From Candidatus Saccharimonadota bacterium (GTDB lineage: Archaea > Nanohalarchaeota > Nanosalinia > Nanosalinales > Nanosalinaceae): DNA of 32,000 nt. This document shows positions 9,571 through 18,516 of the stretch, in pieces; positions within the stretch are counted from its first letter, which is position 1, and each line of letters begins with the position of its first letter. The notes under the pieces are model-generated. The model saw nothing but the letters and a program-made list of their open reading frames with translations, was not told where the DNA came from and made no database searches. A program made the position numbers and the translations under genes. The DNA is taken from positions 690,001-722,000 of the forward strand of contig CP012986.1 of assembly GCA_001761425.1 (NCBI GenBank), read 5' to 3'.

Positions 9571-9887
9571 TACCTTACAAGGCCTGGTTCGGACTTATCG
9601 GCGCGTCAATAACAATCTACGCCCTCTACAACTCATACCACATACTGAAAAACTTCGAGAAAAACGAAGAAGTCGCGTTATCGATGTTTTTCTTGAACGA
9701 CGGGACAGCAGACAAGTTCAGGATGCTTGCATACATCTCTATTCTTTACTCTTTCATGGCTTTGCTTGTAGTTCTGGAAGTGGTGCCTGACACATACGCT
9801 TACGATATAGCAGTAATATCGCTTTTCCTGGGCCTGGCCTACTTCCTCAGAGGGATCAACACCGTTACCTCTGGAGCAGAGGACTAA
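9552..9887 (+). CDS. small membrane protein
   Basis: The track ORF is 9489-9887. I prefer the GTG at 9552 (VVETILIPYKAWFGLIG...), which overlaps the upstream stop by only about 19 nt. It has 3 hydrophobic segments. Confidence 0.4.
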   Translation: MVETILIPYKAWFGLIGASITIYALYNSYHILKNFEKNEEVALSMFFLNDGTADKFRMLAYISILYSFMALLVVLEVVPDTYAYDIAVISLFLGLAYFLRGINTVTSGAED

Positions 9888-9952
9888 GAGGTTAGATAGA
9901 AACCGAACAACTGCTGGATCATATATAAAGTGTCCGCCAGAACAGATTTTAC

Positions 9953-10531
9953 ATGAAAAAGACAGTACTTGCGTTTCTGACACTACTTACGTTCACAGGA
10001 TTCACGGCAGGAGTCGTAGGATCAGACTGTCCGGAAGGACAGCCATGTATCATGAACAAGGACTCAAGTAAAGAAAGCTCCACACACCAGCCTGTGGAGA
10101 AGAAAGGAGAGAACTGGGAGGCCTCCATGAACTTGGAAAAACAGAGGCCTTCAGCAAACATCTCGGAAAGAATCTTCAACACCTCATACGACACAGTCAA
10201 CGGCTCAAAGACAGTGACTTTCCAGGGTGTAATGGAGACAAACAGTCCGGCCTACAGGCCTGGATTCGAGGTAAATTCGACTGAAAACGGCTACGAGATA
10301 AGCATCGAAGCTGTACAGACAGGAGACAACGATTCAGCGACAGCACAGGTCATCACAGAGAACAGGTACAGCATCGAGTTCTCAGCAACCGAGGCCTTCC
10401 AGCTAGAGGTAAATCAGGGAGAGATTTCAAAGACATTTGAACACCCTGACTACGGGACGGATCCGCAGAAAGAGGAAGACGCAGGTCTTCTATCAGGAAT
10501 GTTCAACTGGCTTTCAGGCCTTTTCTCTTAA
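9953..10531 (+). CDS. secreted or cell-surface hypothetical protein
   Basis: N-terminal signal-like MKKTVLAFLTLLTFTGFTAGVVGSDC and an acidic mature part. ATATATAAAG lies about 30 nt upstream of the ATG. Confidence 0.55.
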   Translation: MKKTVLAFLTLLTFTGFTAGVVGSDCPEGQPCIMNKDSSKESSTHQPVEKKGENWEASMNLEKQRPSANISERIFNTSYDTVNGSKTVTFQGVMETNSPAYRPGFEVNSTENGYEISIEAVQTGDNDSATAQVITENRYSIEFSATEAFQLEVNQGEISKTFEHPDYGTDPQKEEDAGLLSGMFNWLSGLFS

Positions 10532-10600
10532 AACCGGTTCCCTTTTTTTCCTTATTTTCTGGTTACAGTCAAAACTTTTGAGGCCTCACTGTTTAGACAA

Positions 10601-11026
10601 GTGGATACAGACAGGTTGAAGGCGGTCGCAGGAAAATACGGTAAAGTCTCGAAGAAAGGCCTTTACTCTGGAGCAGCCGTAGGTAGACTGACCGGAGGCT
10701 ATATCGGTATGAAGGCAGGAGAAAAAGTTTTACCTGAAGCCGATATCGTCGAGATCAGTCCTCACCTGGATCCGGGAACTCTCGGACCGGAAGAGACCGC
10801 AGTTTATACCGCAGTGGTCGGAGGCTACTTTCTTGGAGGGCTCAGCCTTGCGAAAGGAGTCACGAAGTACCAGGAGATGAAGGAGAGTGACGTACAGTAC
10901 ACAAGGCCTTTTCTGAAGCCTCCTGAAGGCCTGAGAAAGGTAAGAGGTTTTCTTGAAGGTAAGGAGGAAGATGAGGATCTTCGGGAGGCCTTTGAAGTTG
11001 TGTTTGACGATGAAAGGGAGAAATAA
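10601..11026 (+). CDS. hypothetical protein with Gly-rich hydrophobic segments
   Basis: 141 aa with GTG start. Contains GAAVGRLTGGYIGMKAG and AVVGGYFLGGLSLA. Confidence 0.4.
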   Translation: MDTDRLKAVAGKYGKVSKKGLYSGAAVGRLTGGYIGMKAGEKVLPEADIVEISPHLDPGTLGPEETAVYTAVVGGYFLGGLSLAKGVTKYQEMKESDVQYTRPFLKPPEGLRKVRGFLEGKEEDEDLREAFEVVFDDEREK

Positions 11027-11032
11027 GTTTTT

Positions 11033-12229
11033 TTACTGGTTTGCGGAGATTATTTCGATAACATCTCCCTGTTCCAGTTTGTGGTCTGCTCCGATCTGTC
11101 TGTTTTCACGGCAGTCGATTGCGTGTAAAAATCCTTCTCCCAGATCCGAGTGGATGGTGAAGGCAAAGTCCTCGGCAGTCGCTCCTTCAGGTACAAGGAA
11201 GCAGTCCGGTAAGATGTTTCCGTGTTCGTCGCCGAGGCCGTCAGCTCCACCCGGGAAAATCGCCATGACACCCAGCTCCTCGAATAATGCATCTTCCAAG
11301 GCCTTCTGAACGCCTGTGCCTCCGTATTCGCCTATAAATTCTCTGATCTGTTGAAGGCCTTCCATCTTCTCCTCAGGAAGGTCCGATAGAATTTCGAACT
11401 CTTCATCGCCAGGATAGTAATCAACGACGTCCTGCTCTGCTGCGTTTTTCAGAGCTTTCTCCGCGTGAGCTGAAACCGGTACAAAGTCGAGGTGCTGGTA
11501 CTCCGGGTCTTCTGTGATCTCTTCCCAGTTTTCCTGGCTTTTTTCCATATCCATCTTGTTGGCGGCGATGATCATCGGTTTGGTCTCTTTCCTGATTTCA
11601 CGTGCCAGTTCCTCTCTATCCTCCTGCTCCCATTCATCAGGATCCAGTTCAAGGCCTACCTGTAAAATTATCTGTTTTATCTCATTCTTGTTCGTTTTAA
11701 ACGCCGACATCTGCTCGGCCAGTTCTTCCTCCAGCTTGACTTCTTTCTGCCTTCTCTTGTTCTCAAAGCGTTCGATCCCTTTCTGCATGATCTCCAGGTA
11801 CCACATATCAAGCTCCTCCTCCAGGAAATCGATGTCCTCTCTCGGATCATGACTATCTGTCGGCTCTCCCTCAATATCTGTCTCACCGGAAAAATCGACT
11901 ACATGTACCAGGACATCTGCCTCGTTAAGATCTGTCAGGAACTTGTTTCCAAGGCCTTTACCCTCATGTGCGCCGGGTATCAGGCCTGCGACATCCACCA
12001 GTTTGACCGGTACATATCTTGTTCCCGTATGACAGAATCCTACTCTTGGATCACAGCTTTCATCAAAATCCGGTGCTGCACAGTTTACCCGTACGTAGGC
12101 CTCTCCTATCGAGGGATCGATCGTAGTGAAAGGATAGTTTCCCTCATCTACCGAGTTCATCGTTGCTGCGTTGAAGAACGTACTTTTTCCCACAGAAGGT
12201 TTTCCCACCAGTCCGATTTTATAGGGCAT
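11033..12229 (-). CDS. ychF: OBG-family GTPase/ATPase, archaeal YchF/OLA1 type with C-terminal TGS domain
   Basis: G1 motif MPYKIGLVGKPSVGKSTFFNA, G2 YPFTTIDP, G3 VDVAGLIPGAHEG, NKMD at AANKMD, and a TGS-like C-terminus (FLVPEGATAEDFAFTIHSDLGEGF...GDVIEIIS). The track start at 12238 is TTG; the ATG at 12229 is preferred. Confidence 0.9.
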   Translation of the reverse strand: MPYKIGLVGKPSVGKSTFFNAATMNSVDEGNYPFTTIDPSIGEAYVRVNCAAPDFDESCDPRVGFCHTGTRYVPVKLVDVAGLIPGAHEGKGLGNKFLTDLNEADVLVHVVDFSGETDIEGEPTDSHDPREDIDFLEEELDMWYLEIMQKGIERFENKRRQKEVKLEEELAEQMSAFKTNKNEIKQIILQVGLELDPDEWEQEDREELAREIRKETKPMIIAANKMDMEKSQENWEEITEDPEYQHLDFVPVSAHAEKALKNAAEQDVVDYYPGDEEFEILSDLPEEKMEGLQQIREFIGEYGGTGVQKALEDALFEELGVMAIFPGGADGLGDEHGNILPDCFLVPEGATAEDFAFTIHSDLGEGFLHAIDCRENRQIGADHKLEQGDVIEIISANQ

Positions 12230-12332
12230 AAATCCCAAGTAGCAGAGAAATTTTTTAACAGTCGTTTCTGAACCAAGAAAAACTCAGCTCTAGGCCAACT
12301 CTTTAATTCTGCTGAGTCAGATAATTTTCTAG

Positions 12333-13064
12333 ATGAAAATCCTCTCCCTCAACGCTGGCTACTTCCTCGGATACGACGGAACGCTCAGCGACTACATCAG
12401 GCATCCTCTAAGAGGTTTCTTAGGAGACAGTGCCATACAGAGCAAAAGGGTGGATAGGTTCACCCGACTCGTTAAGGAGATCGAACCTGACACAGTCCTG
12501 CTCCAGGAAGTAGATCAAGGCTCCATACGCAGTACTCGTGTATCAAGGCCTGAAGAAGTTTCCAGACAGCTTTCTGACGGTTTTGAGGCCTTTGCAGCGA
12601 CAAAGTACTGTGGCTGGGTGAATTCTCTGCCTTTCCTCGGGAAAATGTCCAATGCCATAGTCTACAGAGAGGGAAAGCTGAAAAACCATTACCTGGAGAC
12701 AGGTAGAAAAAGCCTGGTTCAGGAGATATCGCTTGAAGGTTACAGCATTTTCTCCGTTCACCTGGCCCGCTTCGGGAGCGCGGTTAGGCATAACCAGATC
12801 AAAGAATTGGAGAAGATACTTCATGAGAGAGACGAATACGTTGTGGCCGGTGACTTCAACTTCCACAACAAGGGAGAGGCACAACAGGCCTCAGACGTAC
12901 TGAAAGCCGAGGCCTCGACTGACGGGGAAACATTTCCTGTGGAAAATCCTCGTAAAACTCTTGACATGGCCTTCAGTTCGAAAGGCCTTGATTTAGACGT
13001 TGAGGTTCTCGATAGAAAGATTTCTGATCACAGGCCTCTAGTGATAGATGTTGGTAAGGCCTAA
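12333..13064 (+). CDS. endonuclease/exonuclease/phosphatase (EEP) family protein
   Basis: VLLQEVD, VAGDFNF and the C-terminal SDHRPLVIDV are the canonical EEP catalytic motifs. Confidence 0.8.
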   Translation: MKILSLNAGYFLGYDGTLSDYIRHPLRGFLGDSAIQSKRVDRFTRLVKEIEPDTVLLQEVDQGSIRSTRVSRPEEVSRQLSDGFEAFAATKYCGWVNSLPFLGKMSNAIVYREGKLKNHYLETGRKSLVQEISLEGYSIFSVHLARFGSAVRHNQIKELEKILHERDEYVVAGDFNFHNKGEAQQASDVLKAEASTDGETFPVENPRKTLDMAFSSKGLDLDVEVLDRKISDHRPLVIDVGKA

Positions 13065-13115
13065 TTTCTTCTCAGTTTCTCTATTCTTAAAACTTTCGAA
13101 TCCGAATCCTGGTTT

Positions 13116-13496
13116 ATGAGAAAGTTAAAACTTCCAGGAAGGGACAAGACTAAGCCCCGGCTTAACGAGCACGATGTCAGGGTGATCAAGGAGATGGGGA
13201 TAGAGGAGCTAAAGAATCAGGCCAGGGAGATTGTTGAGCAGAAGTTGAGGGAGCAACCGGAAAATGATGGCAAACAGACTCCTACAGCAGGTAATCCTAT
13301 CTACAAGGCGATGCACGCATGTAAATCGGATTCAAGGAAGGAACTCTCCAGAGCACACCGGATAGCTGCGGGTAGAGACCTATCTGATAGACAGGTCGAT
13401 TCCGTGGTCAACCTCCTGGTTCGCTGGATGGTCAGAGAACACAATTTCTACAAGGAGGAAAACTCCCGTCAGAAAGACCTGGGAGAGTTCGCCTAA
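13116..13496 (+). CDS. DUF4186-like protein
   Basis: ENDGKQTPTAGNPIYKAMHA resembles the NDGKQTP..GHPVF.AQHAT core I recall for DUF4186. The downstream Cys residues of that family are not conserved here. Confidence 0.45.
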   Translation: MRKLKLPGRDKTKPRLNEHDVRVIKEMGIEELKNQAREIVEQKLREQPENDGKQTPTAGNPIYKAMHACKSDSRKELSRAHRIAAGRDLSDRQVDSVVNLLVRWMVREHNFYKEENSRQKDLGEFA

Positions 13497-13525
13497 AAAA
13501 GGAAAAAATTGCTGGAAGAGGCCTT

Positions 13526-14827
13526 CTAGAGGAAATCCTCCTTCTCCAGGTGTTCAACTACCTCATCCTTATCTAGAGCCTCTTCTTCACCCGAATCCAT
13601 ATGTTTCATGGTAACTTCATCGTTCTCCAGGTCCCGTTCCCCGATAATTAAAACACGTTTCGCGTTCATGTCGTCAGCGTATCCAAGCTGCTGTCCAAAA
13701 CTTCTTCCGGTTAAATCTGTCTCCACAGATAGGCCTTCCTCTCGGAGAGTGGTTGCATAATCGAGGGCGACGTCTCTCACTGATTCGCTGACTGACAGAA
13801 CGTAGACATCAGTTTCAACCTCGCTGAGAGGGTACCGGTCTTCCTTCTTCAGCAGTTCGATTGTCGGAGAGTAACCGAAGGCAAATCCTACCGCCGGAAC
13901 TTCTCGGTCTCCAAAGGTTCCGACCAGTTCATCATATCTTCCACCGCCGAAAAGCGCTCTCAGCTCGCCCTCGGAGTCGAAGGCCTCGAAGACGAGTCCG
14001 GTGTAATAAGCCAGGCCTCGGACGATGGAGAGGTCAAAACGGCACATACTGGCGACGCCGTAGCTTTCCAGAGCTTCCCCCAGGGATTCCATCCTGTCAA
14101 CGCTTTCCTGAACTTCTTCAGGCGCTTTCTTCCTTAACTCTTCGATATTTTCGAGTATGGGCCCTGAGATATCTGTCAGTTGATCGACCTGTTCAGCATC
14201 TTCACGTGTAAGGCCTCGATCAGTCAAGTCTTCCAAGAATTCTTCCTTCGTCATCTTCTCCTTGTCGTCGACAACTTTCATCGCTTCCTCAGTCTTTTCG
14301 ATGCCGTGAGCTTCAAGGATTGATTCCAGAAGCTTTCTGTCGTTTATCTTGAACTCCACCCGGTTATCAAGGCCTAATTTCTGGAATATACTAGCAGCTG
14401 CTGCTATAATTTCGGCGTCCGCCTCCACTGATTCGATACCGAAGATGTCGATGTCCGTCTGCCGGAACTCCCTATCTCTTCCTTTAGTCACGTCTTCATA
14501 TCTCCACCTTTTCCCGGTCGAGTACCATTTTACCGGTGTCTTCAGGTCCTTTCGTTTCTGCATGAGTCGTGCTCTCCCTGGCGTCGCCTCCGGGATAAGC
14601 GTTATTTCGTTGTCGCCTTTGTCCGTGAAGGCATACATTTCATCTGTTACTGAGTCTTCTTTTTTCTCAGTCCAGAGCTCCTGCCTCTCGATACTTGGCG
14701 GGTCGATCTGGCGGAATCCGAATTCTTCCGCTGTTTCTTCTACTGTTTCGATCAGTTTTTTCCACGTCTCCCACTTGTCCGGGTAACGGTCGTACGTGCC
14801 TTTCAGAGATTCCAGATTAATCGTCAT
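13526..14827 (-). CDS. hisS: histidine--tRNA ligase
   Basis: 433 aa class II aaRS. Contains FRQIDPPSIE, TLIPEATP, YSTGKRWRYE, FRQTDIDIFG, GLAYYTGLVFE and the HisRS-specific GGGRYDEL, plus a C-terminal anticodon-binding domain. Confidence 0.92.
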   Translation of the reverse strand: MTINLESLKGTYDRYPDKWETWKKLIETVEETAEEFGFRQIDPPSIERQELWTEKKEDSVTDEMYAFTDKGDNEITLIPEATPGRARLMQKRKDLKTPVKWYSTGKRWRYEDVTKGRDREFRQTDIDIFGIESVEADAEIIAAAASIFQKLGLDNRVEFKINDRKLLESILEAHGIEKTEEAMKVVDDKEKMTKEEFLEDLTDRGLTREDAEQVDQLTDISGPILENIEELRKKAPEEVQESVDRMESLGEALESYGVASMCRFDLSIVRGLAYYTGLVFEAFDSEGELRALFGGGRYDELVGTFGDREVPAVGFAFGYSPTIELLKKEDRYPLSEVETDVYVLSVSESVRDVALDYATTLREEGLSVETDLTGRSFGQQLGYADDMNAKRVLIIGERDLENDEVTMKHMDSGEEEALDKDEVVEHLEKEDFL

Positions 14828-14843
14828 GAATTTTATTTACCTC

Positions 14844-15713
14844 TTATGCATTCGTTCTCTCCAATTCTTTAAACGAGTTTTCCGGTTTTGCCGTCCATCT
14901 TCGGAGGTAACTGTCCGCAGTTCTCTCGTATCTGAGGTCGTTCCTGTCCGCTGTATCACCTGAACCTACTATGTAGACTCCGCCGATCTCTGGTTCCTTC
15001 CCGATCAGTTCTTCCTCATCATCGTAAATAATGCTGTTTTCCTCTGCGTAGTCCTGGAAGGTGACAGTCTCCACGTCGTCCCAGATATAGTTAGCTATGG
15101 ATCTTGAGATGGTTTCATAGTCCTGAGAAACAAGTACAGTTTCTATACTTCCGTCCTCTAGATTCTTGGAAACCATAGCAGATAAACTTACTCCATCGTC
15201 GACAGCCTCATCCATCTCATAGCTTTCTACACTCTCATCCAGAATCTGGCCCAGATCAACTTTACCACGTCCACTGGAACTGTTCTCACCAAGGTAGACC
15301 TGATCAACGGAACCGTTCTCGTACCTCTCTAGATCCACGAGGCCTTCAAGCAGTTCATCTACTGCCAGGTCGTCAGGAGCATAAACCTCATCAAAGCCCA
15401 ATCCAAATGTATCGTCGCTATAGCCCTTCACAGTCCCTGACCTGGTCTCTACTTCATCGAATCCGTAACGCGGACTCTTCCTCCCTGTATCCTCAAATCT
15501 GCCGGCTTCCTGCCAACCTCTCTGCTGAACCTCATCCAGAAACCCCTGACTGATGCTCTCACTCTTCGCCTCCTCCTTGGACTTTCCGTTAAACTGGTCA
15601 GCGAGAAATCCCGGGTCATAAAACGTATCGTCCAGAACTTTTCCAGCCGCTTTCCTGAAGTTTCTTCCCTTCCAGGGAACACCGATGAACACGACCACCC
15701 TGGACTGAATCAC
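14844..15713 (-). CDS. hypothetical acidic protein, translationally coupled to the upstream AbrB-like gene
   Basis: 289 aa. Its GTG start overlaps the upstream TGA as GTGA (15710-15713). No recognised domain. Confidence 0.5.
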   Translation of the reverse strand: MIQSRVVVFIGVPWKGRNFRKAAGKVLDDTFYDPGFLADQFNGKSKEEAKSESISQGFLDEVQQRGWQEAGRFEDTGRKSPRYGFDEVETRSGTVKGYSDDTFGLGFDEVYAPDDLAVDELLEGLVDLERYENGSVDQVYLGENSSSGRGKVDLGQILDESVESYEMDEAVDDGVSLSAMVSKNLEDGSIETVLVSQDYETISRSIANYIWDDVETVTFQDYAEENSIIYDDEEELIGKEPEIGGVYIVGSGDTADRNDLRYERTADSYLRRWTAKPENSFKELERTNA

Positions 15714-16054
15714 TCACTAATAACCACCTCAACAGTTTCACCATCAAAGGAGAAGCTCTCAACCCTGGAAAAGCTGTACACAAAGGCCTTCGCCTCCTCA
15801 AAGTCTGAAACCTTTTTCTCCCTGACCGTTGCATTCTCTACTGTTATCCTTAGAGAATCGCCGGTTTCAAGGCCTAACCTCTTTCTTATCCTGGAAGGTA
15901 CCGTGATACGGCCTTTGGAATCAAGCTGTGCAGAGCATGTGAACGCCCCGGATTTCCTTCGGACATCTGCTTCGTTCTCCTCTGAGGAGGTGAAAACATT
16001 CACCTTGTGTTGAAGGTGAATTTGAGAAGTCTCCAGAGGAGCTTCGGCCGCCAC
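15710..16054 (-). CDS. AbrB/MazE/SpoVT-family DNA-binding protein
   Basis: SAQLDSKGRITVPSRIRKRLGLETGDSLRITVE is a clear SpoVT-AbrB swapped-hairpin motif. The start is uncertain (GTG at 16054, no in-frame ATG upstream of the domain). Confidence 0.7.
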   Translation of the reverse strand: MAAEAPLETSQIHLQHKVNVFTSSEENEADVRRKSGAFTCSAQLDSKGRITVPSRIRKRLGLETGDSLRITVENATVREKKVSDFEEAKAFVYSFSRVESFSFDGETVEVVISE

Positions 16055-16300
16055 CCTGTGTTGAGGCCTTTTCGGTAGAGCTGTAGCTGTTTAGAAGGTT
16101 TTGATCATTCTGTGAAAACTTTCTTTTCTCCCTTTTCTGGGAGATGATCATAGTCACCTTTCATTGGTGTAATCGCCTTACGGCTAATTAGATAGAAGTA
16201 TTTTTAAACCGGTTTGGGAGGCCTGTGGGAGAGACGAGGTAAGTAACTGTGTTTTTTCCGTTATTTTTTATCTTTGACTGTTTATCTGGGTTTCTAGAGC

Positions 16301-17416
16301 ATGGAAGATTCTGGGACTTCTGGAAATTATGGTGATATCGGTGAAGATACGGATGGTTATCTTGATTCTGTTCACGCGGAGGTATCTCGAACATTTGACC
16401 TGGCTCTGAGACAGCTTGAAAACGATGAGTTGAGGAAAGAGGTCAGGGATAGCTATCTTCTGTGCCGTATAGCCGATACTATTGAGGACACAGATCTTAT
16501 CGATGGGGATGATAAAGCAGAGCTCCTTGAATCCTATTCAGGCCTTATACAGGAGCATAGATCCGGCGAGGCAGGTTACAGGGAGGTTGCTGACTGGGTA
16601 AGGGATGTGTCTGACAGTCTGAAAGGCGTTCATATCAACGACCTGGATGGGTCCGGGGAGGAAAACGCCAGTTACTGGAGTCTTGTAAGAAACGCTCATA
16701 CAGCTTCAAGCAGTTATGACGGCTTTGAAGACGAAGCGAAGGATGATGTCGGAAGAAGTATTCAGGAGATGGCAGAGGGAATGGCAGATTATGTGAAAGG
16801 CCCTCAGGGAATCAGGATAAAAAATGAGGAGGACTTGACAGAGTACTGTCACTACGTCGCAGGAACCGTGGGAGATTTCCTGACTGAACTGTTTTCCAGG
16901 ACGGAAGAGGTAGACGAAAAGGCCTTGAGAGAGAACTCTGAGGACTACGCCCAGCTTCTGCAGAGGATAAATATCGCCAGAGATCCTGTAGCGGATCTTG
17001 AGGAAGAGGACGCTATATTCATACCGGAGACATACATGGAAGGCCTGAGCCACAGAGAGTTCAGGGAAGAAGTGGGGAAAGCACTGGAAAGTGAAGATGT
17101 GAGAGAAGAACATCTGGAGCTTGTTCAATCAGTTGAGGAGATCCTGGATTCGGCTGAGGAAAGAGCGGATTCCGCAGTACGGTATGTCACAGAGTTCGAT
17201 CAAGCAGAAGATGATAACGGGGTAAGAGCTTATCTTGAGACGCCTCTGCTCCTGGCGCTGGCGACAGCAGACCGGACGGAACCTGAGGACGCCTTTACAG
17301 GTTCAGGCCTGAAGATTGGACGTGAAGAAGTTGGAAAGATACTGCATCAGGCCGGAGATATAACTGATGAACAGTGGCAGGACAGGGAGAAACTTCTGAA
17401 GGATATCATGGCCTGA
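16301..17416 (+). CDS. squalene/phytoene synthase family enzyme with squalene-synthase-like motifs
   Basis: YLLCRIADTIEDT (DTxED-type first Asp-rich motif, as in squalene synthases), YCHYVAGTVGDF, and AQLLQRINIARDPVADL (second motif, compare LQKTNIIRDYLED). Confidence 0.75.
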   Translation: MEDSGTSGNYGDIGEDTDGYLDSVHAEVSRTFDLALRQLENDELRKEVRDSYLLCRIADTIEDTDLIDGDDKAELLESYSGLIQEHRSGEAGYREVADWVRDVSDSLKGVHINDLDGSGEENASYWSLVRNAHTASSSYDGFEDEAKDDVGRSIQEMAEGMADYVKGPQGIRIKNEEDLTEYCHYVAGTVGDFLTELFSRTEEVDEKALRENSEDYAQLLQRINIARDPVADLEEEDAIFIPETYMEGLSHREFREEVGKALESEDVREEHLELVQSVEEILDSAEERADSAVRYVTEFDQAEDDNGVRAYLETPLLLALATADRTEPEDAFTGSGLKIGREEVGKILHQAGDITDEQWQDREKLLKDIMA

Positions 17417-17421
17417 ACTTT

Positions 17422-18246
17422 TTAGATAAAGATAGGGATGAAGCTTAGAAGGCCTAGAGCAAAGCATATGTAGGCTACTTCCGCCCTGTCCGCTATTTTG
17501 AGCACTGCCTCTATCATGAAGTAACCTGAGATCATTGAAACTGCTGAGGCGATGACCAGGCCTGTTGAGACTGTGAAACCTGAGAAAAGTTCAAGGCCTA
17601 TATTTGCTGCTGCGATCGCAGGTACACTGATTATAAATGATAGCTTGAAGGCTTCTTCTGCGTCGAAATCTCTGTAAAGTAACGCGAAGCTTGTTATACC
17701 TGAGCGGGAGATACCTGGAAGTATGGAAAAGCTCTGCAGGAGGCCTGTAAGCACTGTGTCTGTGTAGTTCAGGTCTGAGATCTGTCTGTCCTCTTCTTTC
17801 TGGTAGAGTCTTGTGAATCCTGTAACGAAAAGTGCCAGGCCTGTAAGTGCTGTGAACAGTTCCGGGTAGTTTGCTACAGCTTTCAGGCCGAGTACGTAGA
17901 TAGTTCCCCCGACCGTACCTGTGATAGCTGTCACTGCTGTTATGAAGAGTATCAGTTTCCAGTCCTTAGTGTTTTCTCTCATCCGCGATTTTTCCCTAAG
18001 TCCCTGGACTGTTTCTGGCATCTCTGTGAACATTTTTTTCACTAACCTGGTGAAGTCCTCTCTGAAGTAGAGAAGTGCAGCAATCATAGTGCCTGTATGG
18101 AGCCAGACCGAGGCATTGACTGATTCGAGCGGTGACCGGCCGAGAAAGTTCTGAAGTATCAGGCTGATCACTGCCTCACTGGACACAGGAAGCCATTCAG
18201 CGACCCCCTGGATCAGGCCTATCAGCACCGCGCTCAGAAGTTCCAT
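17422..18246 (-). CDS. uppP: undecaprenyl/polyprenyl-diphosphate phosphatase
   Basis: GLIQGVAEWLPVSSEA (BacA motif E.LP.SS) and ILPGISRSGITS (PGxSRSG). 274 aa with about 8 TM segments. Confidence 0.88.
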   Translation of the reverse strand: MELLSAVLIGLIQGVAEWLPVSSEAVISLILQNFLGRSPLESVNASVWLHTGTMIAALLYFREDFTRLVKKMFTEMPETVQGLREKSRMRENTKDWKLILFITAVTAITGTVGGTIYVLGLKAVANYPELFTALTGLALFVTGFTRLYQKEEDRQISDLNYTDTVLTGLLQSFSILPGISRSGITSFALLYRDFDAEEAFKLSFIISVPAIAAANIGLELFSGFTVSTGLVIASAVSMISGYFMIEAVLKIADRAEVAYICFALGLLSFIPIFI

Positions 18247-18354
18247 ACTAAAGGCCTTGGGTCTGAACCTATTTTATAGTTTTTGAGGCCTCCAAGAGAA
18301 TGCTTATTTAAAGGTAAACACTTCTTCTAGGTTTATACAGAGGAGATTTTAAAC

Positions 18355-18516
18355 ATGGCAGAAAAGTTTGACGTAGCGGAGAACAGATTGTTCGGCAGCA
18401 TCTATATCTGCAGAAAATGCAATGCCAAGAACAGGACCGACAATCCAGAGGAAACAAGCTGCAGGAAATGCGGGTACAGCGACTTAAGGAAGAAGAACGA
18501 ACAGTTCGCAGGATAA
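18355..18516 (+). CDS. rpl40e: 50S ribosomal protein L40e
   Basis: Below the ORF-track size cut-off. Manual translation: MAEKFDVAENRLFGSIYICRKCNAKNRTDNPEETSCRKCGYSDLRKKNEQFAG*. It has the CxxC...CxxC zinc ribbon with the ICRKCNA.N / CRKCGY signature of L40e. Confidence 0.85.
   Translation: MAEKFDVAENRLFGSIYICRKCNAKNRTDNPEETSCRKCGYSDLRKKNEQFAG

Noticed and set aside
11514-12271. 112-aa and 140-aa plus-strand ORFs, and small minus-strand out-of-frame ORFs, inside the YchF gene
   Set aside because: They lie fully inside a confidently identified GTPase gene. Ser- or Cys-rich shadow frames like these are typical of antisense acidic coding DNA.
16141-16200. GATGATCA and nearby motifs in the 16055-16300 spacer as a possible C/D-box sRNA
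   Set aside because: The C box is imperfect (GAUGAUC rather than UGAUGA), and no properly spaced D or D' boxes or terminal stem are present.
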